A DNA stretch of 24,661 bases. Origin: an uncultured Candidatus Saccharibacteria bacterium. GTDB taxonomy: Bacteria; Patescibacteriota; Minisyncoccia; Phycocordibacterales; SBAW01. The notes under the pieces are model-generated. The model had not been told where the DNA came from, did not search any database, and saw only the letters and a list, made by a program, of their open reading frames with translations. This document shows positions 7,195-14,298 of this stretch, piece after piece; the stretch's first letter is position 1; each line of letters begins with the position of its first letter. The DNA lies in the NCBI GenBank assembly GCA_964559665.1, contig CAZLHN010000001.1:1-24661 (forward strand). The letters run 5' to 3'. The position numbers and the translations under genes were made by a program.

Positions 7195-9537
7195 TTAGGC
7201 CGCGACTGGCCAATCGCTGATGTGCTTTCCGGCTGAGTCATCGGTGTTGACCGACTCGATGAACTGGATAGCCACCATCGCAAGCGCCGCGAACTCGTAA
7301 TTAGCGACGAGCTCGGGCAGTATTTCATGCATGTTACCGAGACAGGCCGAACCGTCTCCGGAAAAGACGTGCGGTGCATCATGACCATTTATCTTCCGCG
7401 TGAGGTTGAACCAACGGACCTGACCGTTGAGCCCGACCTCGATGCGGAAGGCGCCTATCTCATGTTTCTTCTTCGAGCGCGGATCGACGCAATAGAGGAT
7501 GTCGGTAAACACCTCGATCGCGCCTTCCTCGATGCGCACGTCACGGACCTTGTCGACCTCGAGCAGATTGTCGAACTCCTTGCCGTAGCCTTCTTCGACT
7601 CCGGCGTTGGATGCCTCCAACTGCTCGAGCTTGCGCCGAGCTCCGTTTCCCTCGCGAATGCACTTCACGAGTTCTTCTTGGAGCTGATTGACGCGGGTCT
7701 CGTTGTCCTTGATCGCACGCTTCGTGCCTTCGATAGTCTTTTCAATCCGGCGGGCACACGCCTTCATGTACGCTTCGCGCGAAGCGGCGCGGCGCTTTTG
7801 GCGCCGGTCCTCCTCGCGTGCCGCCTTTTCCTCGGGGGTCGCGGTCATGATGGTGATCGTTTCCTCGAGGATCTTGCGGAAGAGCACAGATACGGACTTG
7901 CCGTCCCAAGAGAGACGAAGGTCCGCAGAAGCAGAAAGTGGGTAGTGGATGTAGAGACTGTCACCGATGAGCTCGCCGACCTGATTGCCGGCGTCGTCCT
8001 CGATAAGCAGCCCTTCACCCGAGGGGCGCACGATTTTGCAATCGCGCCCCCACGCAAGCCTCGCCCCGAACAGGGTCTGGCTCATGCTGCGATGCGTCCG
8101 GTAGTTGGGCGACGAAAAGATGCACACGTGCACCCTGCCGTCGTTTTCCGGCGCATGGCTTTTCTCCCTGCGATAGTCGTCGTGGATAATGACCTGCTTG
8201 CCGCCGAACGCCGGTGCAAGTTCGGTCGCTACCGCGACAAACTCCACCTTCAATGCCGATGCCCCGCTCCAGTTAGAAGCGCGCACCGGCGTCTGCCGTG
8301 CCTGCTGTCGGGAACGCGCCGCCTTTTCCTCATCGGTCGCGGTCATCATGAATGCCGCTTCCTCGAGAATACGACGGAAGAGCGCCGATGCGGGTTTGCC
8401 GTCCCAGGCGATACCAAGTTCTTCCCTGACGAGCGCATAGTGGATGTAAATGGTTTCGCCGACGACTTCGCCGACTTGGTTTCCATCCTCATCCTTGATG
8501 GTAACCCCGTCCCCCGAAGGGGCCAGGATCTCCGCGTTGCTAACGAACCGCAGCGACGCCCCGAAGAGTTCGGAGCGCATATGACCGTCCCCATTGAGGT
8601 GCGGCGACGCATTAATGCACACGTGCATCTTGCCGTCGGCGTACGGCGCTTTGTCGTGATACGAGTTCCACGCATGCAGGACCATCTGCTTGCCGAATGC
8701 CGGCGCAAGCTCGGTCGCTACTGCAAGAAACTCGGCACGCATGGCGCTTGAGGCATTCCATTCCATGACCCGAACGAGTACCTGTTCGCGCCGCCGGGCA
8801 CGCGCTGCCTTTTGCTCGTCGGTTGCGGTCCTAAGAAAGACCGCTTCCTCGAGGATCTTGCGGAAGATGCTCGCGGAGTTCCGGAAGTCCGAGTTGGTGA
8901 TGGGATAGAAGATGTAGAGGTTATTCTGCACCAGCTCCCCAATCTGCACACCGGCATCGTCCTCGACTCTGATGCCTTGGCCGGACGGAGTGCGGATATT
9001 CCACGCTCTCTCTGAGAGTGTTTCCCCCCAAAGTATAAATGGACCTCCGACCGTCCGAACCTCGCCTACGAGAGACGACCACAGCTGGATATGGAACTTG
9101 CCGTCTAAGACCGCGGGAGTGCCCCTGTAAGCCTCCCGATTGTCATGGATGACGATCTCGGGCGTGCGCAAAAGCGAGACGAAGTCGCGTGCGATGGCGA
9201 CATACTGCTCGCGAATGCGTTCGCTTGCTTCCCGCGACCACTGCGCGACAGTGACGACGCGGGAGGCCGAAGGCGGCGGCGCAGCCGGTGTCGCGGCACG
9301 ATTAGCCGTAGCGCGGTTGGCCGGGGCGCGCTGGAGTGTGATAGCCGTGATCCCCTCGTATTGCGTGGGTCTGCGGCTTTCAACTTCCGAATGCAGCGCC
9401 TCAAGCACGCGAGGCAAATGAGCCTCGTTGAACACCAGCCCGTCCTGCCTTCCGATGCGGAAGTCTTCGACGGGGATGTTGGCGGTCCGGAATGCGCTTA
9501 CGCGCGCATCCGTCCGAATAAGGAAGTAAGTATTCAA
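7195..9537 (-). CDS. multidomain E2/UBC-fold protein: small N-domain, 3 tandem ~160-aa repeats, coiled coil, C-terminal E2-like domain
   Basis: C-terminal APHVFSGDGSACLGN matches the E2 HPN...G.ICL motif (Cys codon 7342-7344). TTG start at 9537 chosen for its AGGAG SD (780 aa); the ORF is open to 9783, but that TTG is the -35 box. Confidence 0.75.
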   Translation of the reverse strand: MNTYFLIRTDARVSAFRTANIPVEDFRIGRQDGLVFNEAHLPRVLEALHSEVESRRPTQYEGITAITLQRAPANRATANRAATPAAPPPSASRVVTVAQWSREASERIREQYVAIARDFVSLLRTPEIVIHDNREAYRGTPAVLDGKFHIQLWSSLVGEVRTVGGPFILWGETLSERAWNIRTPSGQGIRVEDDAGVQIGELVQNNLYIFYPITNSDFRNSASIFRKILEEAVFLRTATDEQKAARARRREQVLVRVMEWNASSAMRAEFLAVATELAPAFGKQMVLHAWNSYHDKAPYADGKMHVCINASPHLNGDGHMRSELFGASLRFVSNAEILAPSGDGVTIKDEDGNQVGEVVGETIYIHYALVREELGIAWDGKPASALFRRILEEAAFMMTATDEEKAARSRQQARQTPVRASNWSGASALKVEFVAVATELAPAFGGKQVIIHDDYRREKSHAPENDGRVHVCIFSSPNYRTHRSMSQTLFGARLAWGRDCKIVRPSGEGLLIEDDAGNQVGELIGDSLYIHYPLSASADLRLSWDGKSVSVLFRKILEETITIMTATPEEKAAREEDRRQKRRAASREAYMKACARRIEKTIEGTKRAIKDNETRVNQLQEELVKCIREGNGARRKLEQLEASNAGVEEGYGKEFDNLLEVDKVRDVRIEEGAIEVFTDILYCVDPRSKKKHEIGAFRIEVGLNGQVRWFNLTRKINGHDAPHVFSGDGSACLGNMHEILPELVANYEFAALAMVAIQFIESVNTDDSAGKHISDWPVAA
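7804..9255 (-). repeat. three tandem intragenic repeats (~490 nt / ~162-166 aa period)
   Basis: Recurring PSG.G..I.D..G.Q.GE...LYI.Y and FR(K/R)ILEE...TAT.E.KAAR; identical 23-mer TTCCTCGAGGATCTTGCGGAAGA at 7861 and 8845, with a variant at 8359. Confidence 0.9.
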
Positions 9538-9748
9538 TGTACTTCTCCTTTGCTGGGCCGGCACGAGGATCATTCGCCCCATGCCGGACTGTGAGAACAG
9601 GCCACCCTTAACCGCCCTAAAGCGGAGAATGGCCTTGTATATAGCACGTATGAAGCCGGGGATTTCTCTCCCGGTGTTTTCAACGTACGAAGTGCTTGTC
9701 GGGCCTATACTCTGCGGCTTGCGCCGGGTTTCGGGCCCTTCCAAGGCT
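9538..9748 (-). promoter_or_regulatory. structured 5' leader of the ubiquitin-like operon (candidate cis-regulatory RNA)
   Basis: Four consecutive hairpins: 9715-9726 (GCAA tetraloop), 9643-9696, 9599-9635, and 9558-9587 just before the SD. Confidence 0.5.
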
Positions 9749-9754
9749 GCCGGG

Positions 9755-9783
9755 AGTTTAGCATGATTGATTACATTTGTCAA
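9755..9783 (-). promoter_or_regulatory. sigma70 promoter of the ubiquitin-like operon
   Basis: TTGACA (9783-9778), 17-nt spacer, TGc-TAAACT extended -10 (9760-9755). Confidence 0.8.
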
Positions 9784-9824
9784 GTCGTTACAAAGTATAA
9801 AACCTATGGCATTTGATGGGCCGC

Positions 9825-9853
9825 TTGACAGTATGTAAAAGAGGGTTTATATT
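9825..9853 (+). promoter_or_regulatory. divergent sigma70 promoter
   Basis: TTGACA (9825-9830), 17-nt spacer, TATATT (9848-9853). Confidence 0.75.
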
Positions 9854-9859
9854 GCCTGT

Positions 9860-9958
9860 CAGACATAGGAGGAATGCCGCGCGGTGTCTCCCGGATGATG
9901 GAGCCCGAGCACGGAATACCCCAGCCCGCTATCTATAGATAGCGGGCTTTCTTATTTT
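9860..9958 (+). ncRNA. candidate ~100-nt small RNA (or 22-aa peptide)
   Basis: Bounded by a consensus promoter and a strong terminator; the only ORF (9874-9942) has its SD 1 nt from the ATG and runs into the terminator. Confidence 0.4.
9923..9958 (+). terminator. intrinsic terminator
   Basis: AGCCCGCTATC-TATA-GATAGCGGGCT followed by TTCTTATTTT. Confidence 0.8.
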
Positions 9959-10000
9959 ACTGAGTTGGAAACATCCAATAAAGCCGTCTGATAAATTCAT

Positions 10001-10029
10001 TTGACTTCAGTATCCACTCGCGGTCTAAT
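10001..10029 (+). promoter_or_regulatory. sigma70 promoter of the 72-aa gene
   Basis: TTGACT, 17-nt spacer, TCTAAT. Confidence 0.6.
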
Positions 10030-10062
10030 AGTCAACTGGACTGCAGACACGAGGAGTCAGTA

Positions 10063-10281
10063 ATGCAGTGCGAAGCAGGCGGAGCAAAGCTCCGTACTAA
10101 CTATCATTCCAAAGGAGAGGAATTTGTCGCCCATCTCCCAGTGGTCAAAAAGGATGCGCCGCTGATGAAATTGAGTCCTGAGACGGATGCCATCTTGGGA
10201 CCGATAATGGCAGAAGATGGTGAAAATCCACCAGCCCAGAAAGAGTCTTGGTTCACGCGAGTCAAGGCCTTCTTCTGGTAG
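10063..10281 (+). CDS. small hypothetical protein with C-terminal amphipathic helix
   Basis: Own promoter, GAGGAG SD at 10051-10056 and downstream terminator; ends SWFTRVKAFFW. Confidence 0.7.
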   Translation: MQCEAGGAKLRTNYHSKGEEFVAHLPVVKKDAPLMKLSPETDAILGPIMAEDGENPPAQKESWFTRVKAFFW

Positions 10282-10300
10282 AGGTTGGCAGACTATATCG

Positions 10301-10332
10301 GCGCGCAGCGATCATTCGCTGCGCGCTTTTTT
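10301..10332 (+). terminator. intrinsic terminator
   Basis: GCGCGCAGCGA-TCAT-TCGCTGCGCGC + TTTTTT. Confidence 0.85.
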
Positions 10333-11140
10333 ATTTCAGCTTGTAGTAGAGTTTATCCCCGAATCGCAGATCAAGGTATTGAAAATCCGCAAGCGCGTGC
10401 GTAGTAAACGGGTCGGCCGTGAGCGCGAGGCGGAAGCGCTCCAGCACGTCCGCGGTATTGTCCGCGGTCGAGAACATGAGCGCAAAGCCGCTTGCAAAAT
10501 GCAATGTTGCAAACGTGTCCCCTACTTCCAGACTTGTGACCTGATCCTTTGCCTGCTGCCCTGCTGCGGCGGCGAAGGCGGAGAGTGCGCCGAATTCATC
10601 CGCGTTGAGAAATTGCTTGGGTTGCGCGTCGGATGCGTGGCCGTAATATTTGATATACACCTCGCCGGAGAAATCTGCCGCAGGCGCGTACACCACGCCG
10701 CCTGCGTCGAGCAGAAAGCACGGCGATGACGATGCGACGGACTCTCCGCACCACAGCGCGTGCGGCCCGCGCTCGAGCACGTCCACGCGCAGGTTCGTAA
10801 AGCCCTCCACGCGCAGCGCGATGCTCTCAAATACCGGAAATTGCTGCTGAAGCCCTGCGCGCACTTGCGCCTCGGGGTAAAACAAAGCATTGTCGCGCGG
10901 GAATACGTACCAATAGGTGCCGGCAATCTCGCTGCGCACCGCGCTTTCGACGCTGCTGGTGCTCACCGAGGACGCGCCGATCACCTCGATAGTTTGTATG
11001 CGCACAAACGGCGCCCAAGCGAGTGCCACTGCGCCGCCCGCGAGCACGAGGAGCAGAAAAAGTACGATGCCCGCGAGCACGAGGCGCCTCCGGCGGCGGC
11101 GCGCTTTGAGCTTTGACTGCGGCAGTACGACCCTGGCCAT
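10331..11140 (-). CDS. ftsQ: cell division protein FtsQ/DivIB-like
   Basis: Basic N-tail, single TM helix, POTRA-like segment (IQTIEVIG...LRVDVLER), C-terminal YLDLRFGDKLYYK. Confidence 0.8.
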   Translation of the reverse strand: MARVVLPQSKLKARRRRRRLVLAGIVLFLLLVLAGGAVALAWAPFVRIQTIEVIGASSVSTSSVESAVRSEIAGTYWYVFPRDNALFYPEAQVRAGLQQQFPVFESIALRVEGFTNLRVDVLERGPHALWCGESVASSSPCFLLDAGGVVYAPAADFSGEVYIKYYGHASDAQPKQFLNADEFGALSAFAAAAGQQAKDQVTSLEVGDTFATLHFASGFALMFSTADNTADVLERFRLALTADPFTTHALADFQYLDLRFGDKLYYKLK

Positions 11141-11141
11141 A

Positions 11142-12428
11142 TTAATGAGACGCCTTCTCTATTTTGTCTTTGCCCATGTATGAGCGCAGTACTTCCGGAA
11201 TCGTGACCGAGCCGTCTTCGTTCTGATAGTTTTCCAGAATCGCGATCAGCGGGCGCTGTGAGAGCGCGGTGGCGTCGTTCATATGTATGGGTTCCTTCTC
11301 CCCGTTCTCGCGCTTGAGGCGGGTGTTAAGCCTGCGCGCCTGGAAGCCGCCGATGTAGTCCGAGGTGTGCGTCTCGCGATAGGTGTTCTGGCCCGGCATC
11401 CAGGTCTCGATGTCGATCTGTCGCTGGTCAGGGAATCCCATGTCACCGGTGCACACGGCAACCACCTGGTATGGGAGCCTCAGCTGCTGCATTAAGTATT
11501 CCTGTATCGCGACCATGAGGTCCTGCTCGGCCAATCCGTCTTCGGGCTTTGCAAACGATTCCATCTCCATCTTGTTGAACTGATGCAGGCGCAAAATACC
11601 GCGTGTATCTTTGCCCGCCGCGCCCGCCTCGCGGCGGAATGCCGGCGTGACTGCAAAATATCGCAGCGGCAGCTGCCCCTCCTCTATAATCTCGTCCATG
11701 TGGAGCGGCCCGAGCGTATGCTCTGCGCTGCCGATCAGCACCAAGTCGTCTTTATCAAGATAGAAGCGATCGTCGATCGGGTCGAGCCGCGCCATGCGGT
11801 TCATCACCTGCGAGCGCATCATGAGCGGCGGGATCACCGGGATAAACGGCTTGCTCGAGAGGGAGAGGCCCGCTGCCTCGATTATTTTTTGGAGCGTCTC
11901 CTGCGAGGTAAGGACTTTGGTGGCAAACGTCATGAGCGCCCATTCGAGCATCGCCAAGTCGCCCTTGAGGTACACAAAGCGTGGACCTGACACCTCGGCC
12001 GCTTTTTCGCTGTCGATAATGCCGAGATCTTTCCCGATATCCCAGTGCGCTTTTGGCGCAAACGCGAAGTTCGGCTTCTCTCCCCACTGGCGGATAACCT
12101 TGTTGCCGCTCTCGTCCCGCCCAATAGGCGTGTCGGCAGACGGGATGTTCGGAAGCTTGATCAAAAGCCCCACCAGCTCCTTCTCGATCGCCTGATATTT
12201 TTCCTCGGCGGCTTTTAACTCGTCCTTGAGCTTTTTCCCAGCCTCGCCGTCGCGCGCGGCTTGCGCCTCATTGCGCTTTTGGTTGATGCCGCTGACTGCG
12301 CCCGATGCCTGCTTGCGCTCCTCGGCGAGTGCCAAGATGCGGTCGAGGTCTATTCCCTCGCGATTCTTGTTCTTGAGCGCGGCACGGACAATGTCTGGAT
12401 TTTCCCGGATGAACGTGATGTCGAGCAT
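11142..12428 (-). CDS. serS: seryl-tRNA synthetase
   Basis: MLDITFIREN N-terminus, coiled-coil arm, GSAEH, FRREAG...RGILRLHQFNKMEM motif 2, DIETWMPG, H-MN-TA motif 3. Start set at MLDI (12428). Confidence 0.97.
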   Translation of the reverse strand: MLDITFIRENPDIVRAALKNKNREGIDLDRILALAEERKQASGAVSGINQKRNEAQAARDGEAGKKLKDELKAAEEKYQAIEKELVGLLIKLPNIPSADTPIGRDESGNKVIRQWGEKPNFAFAPKAHWDIGKDLGIIDSEKAAEVSGPRFVYLKGDLAMLEWALMTFATKVLTSQETLQKIIEAAGLSLSSKPFIPVIPPLMMRSQVMNRMARLDPIDDRFYLDKDDLVLIGSAEHTLGPLHMDEIIEEGQLPLRYFAVTPAFRREAGAAGKDTRGILRLHQFNKMEMESFAKPEDGLAEQDLMVAIQEYLMQQLRLPYQVVAVCTGDMGFPDQRQIDIETWMPGQNTYRETHTSDYIGGFQARRLNTRLKRENGEKEPIHMNDATALSQRPLIAILENYQNEDGSVTIPEVLRSYMGKDKIEKASH

Positions 12429-12512
12429 GACAAAAGCATACAACACAAATGATAGTCAGAAAAGCGGCTCTATGCTAAGGTACTCCCCAGGAAAGTTCAT
12501 CGGAGGAGACGC

Positions 12513-13259
12513 TTGATGTGGAATTTCAGCTCTGCAACCCGCAAGGGTGATAAGAGATCGGTCAATCAGGACCGATCCAATATCGTCGATCTCGCCAACG
12601 GGCATGTGGCCATTGTTTGCGATGGTCATGGTTTTGGCAATTATGCCGTCGATTTTTGTGTCAAAGCCTTGTCGCAAAAGCTGTTCCATATCCGGCCCGA
12701 GACGGCCCAGGAACAGCTCATGGCGATATTCAAGGAGGTGGGCGAGGAAGCCTCGACCTTTGATAGCGGCACGACGGCAAGCGTCGCGTGCCTCTGGAAC
12801 AACGGCAAGGTGCATACCGCCGTGCTCGGCGACTCGATGATTGTCGCGGGGAACCCCAAGCGAGCCCACAGGCAATTGAGTTCCCACCATAACGTCCGCA
12901 CAAACCTCTCGGAGCGCAGTGCGGCGGAAGCTCGCGGCGGCAAGTACCAACAGATGTACTTGTACAATCCTAAAATCAGAAACAGCGGCGGTCTGCAGCT
13001 CGGCCGCGCATTCGGCGACTACGACTTGCTCGGCGTCCTTTCGACCCAGCCGGACCTCATGCGGTTTACCGCAGAGTCGGGAACCTGGGTGGTGGTCATG
13101 AGCGACGGTATCTACGATCCTTCGGTGCCTTCGCGGGGGAAAGACATGGAGGAGCTGGGCCTCATGATGGATAAAGGGGCGACTGCCGAAGACCTCGTGG
13201 CGCATTTCCAGCCGAACAAAGGCGACGACGCCACGGCAGTGGTGGCCCGATTTACCTAA
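12513..13259 (+). CDS. PP2C/PPM-family protein phosphatase
   Basis: NQD, VCDGHG, GTTAS, LGDS, LGRAFGD, MSDGIYD, DDATAVV motifs; GGAGG SD (start TTG 12513 or ATG 12516). Confidence 0.88.
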   Translation: MMWNFSSATRKGDKRSVNQDRSNIVDLANGHVAIVCDGHGFGNYAVDFCVKALSQKLFHIRPETAQEQLMAIFKEVGEEASTFDSGTTASVACLWNNGKVHTAVLGDSMIVAGNPKRAHRQLSSHHNVRTNLSERSAAEARGGKYQQMYLYNPKIRNSGGLQLGRAFGDYDLLGVLSTQPDLMRFTAESGTWVVVMSDGIYDPSVPSRGKDMEELGLMMDKGATAEDLVAHFQPNKGDDATAVVARFT

Positions 13260-13276
13260 TGGGCCGAATTACAGAG

Positions 13277-13314
13277 GGCCGCGCGATAGAATGTTGCGCG
13301 GCCTTTTCTTTTTT
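13277..13314 (+). terminator. intrinsic terminator after PP2C
   Basis: GGCCGCGC / GCGCGGCC stem followed by a T tract. Confidence 0.75.
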
Positions 13315-13340
13315 ATATATCTAAGTAGGATGGGAGCGTT

Positions 13341-14201
13341 ATGACTTTCCCTCTGCGAGAACTGGAGTTCGACGATTTCCCTGCATTGCTCAAGGAGATC
13401 CCCGATGCGCCCAGGCGGCTTTATTATCGTGGTGAGATGCCACCCATCGAGTATAAAATGCTGTGCGTAGTCGGCTCGCGCGCGACAACACAGTACGGCA
13501 AGCGCATGTGCCAGAAGCTCATCGCTGGGCTCGCCGGCCAGCCCGTTGCAATAATCTCCGGCATGGCGCTCGGCATCGACAGCGAGGCGCATAACGCGGC
13601 CCTCGATGTGGGATTGCCTACAGTTGCAGTACTTCCCTCTTCTTGTGACGACAAAAGTTTGTATCCTTCTACTAACAAAGCATTGGCGCAGCGTATACTC
13701 ACGCGCGGCGGAGCGCTCGTGAGCGAAACAAAAGGTCCCTATAAAGCGATGCTGCATGACTTTGCCAAGCGCAACCGCATCGGCGCTGGCATGTCGCTTG
13801 TTACATTAATAATAGAAGCTGGAGAAAAGTCCGGCACGCTCATTACTGCGCGGCTCGCGCTCGACTATAACCGCGAGGTGCTCGCGATCCCCCACGAGCT
13901 CGGCCGCGAGACAGGAATCGGCGTCAACAAGCTTATCCGCGAAGGCGCAACCCTGATACAGAGCTCGGATGATATTTTGCAGGCGCTTGGCCTCAAGGCT
14001 GCGGAGCCCGAGCAAGGCATGCTCCCCACAGACCTGACTGAAGTTGAAGTAAAGATACTCACCGCACTGACAGAAGCCCTGGTTAAGGACGAGGTCATCG
14101 AATACGCCGAGGTTTCGGCCCAGGACGCGAACGTTGCGCTCTCCTCGCTCTTGATACGCGGTCTCATCACCGAAAGGCTTGGCAAGATCGAGCGCGTGTA
14201 G
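13341..14201 (+). CDS. dprA: DNA-processing protein DprA/Smf
   Basis: VVGSR, IISGMALGIDSEAH, RNRI, IIEAGEKSGTLITA motifs; C-terminal winged-helix-like tail; adjacent to topA. Confidence 0.95.
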   Translation: MTFPLRELEFDDFPALLKEIPDAPRRLYYRGEMPPIEYKMLCVVGSRATTQYGKRMCQKLIAGLAGQPVAIISGMALGIDSEAHNAALDVGLPTVAVLPSSCDDKSLYPSTNKALAQRILTRGGALVSETKGPYKAMLHDFAKRNRIGAGMSLVTLIIEAGEKSGTLITARLALDYNREVLAIPHELGRETGIGVNKLIREGATLIQSSDDILQALGLKAAEPEQGMLPTDLTEVEVKILTALTEALVKDEVIEYAEVSAQDANVALSSLLIRGLITERLGKIERV

Positions 14202-14298
14202 TATCTCTGATACACTATAAACTAGCGGAGTGAGAAATTAAATTCGATTTAATTGCGAACGAAGCGACGTTTATATAGTGTCCTACACTCTATAATAT

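Noticed and set aside
7327-8751. 474-aa plus-strand ORF
   Set aside because: Antisense shadow of the repeat-E2 gene; no motifs, no RBS.
7861-8867. Recurrent 23-nt sequence as a CRISPR-like array
   Set aside because: Spacing is about 490 nt and in frame; it is the coding repeat of the E2 protein.
9665-9895. 8-nt complementarity (TCTCCCGG) between the candidate sRNA and the operon leader
   Set aside because: A match this short is expected by chance between regions of this size.
9860-9925. Fluoride-riboswitch-like GATGGAG
   Set aside because: No matching GCUxAUGACxCCU 3' element and no crcB-type gene downstream.
4225-10330. dus-associated integrative element or prophage
   Set aside because: The block sits at the 5' end of dus, a known integration target in Proteobacteria, but I see no integrase, att direct repeats or phage structural genes.
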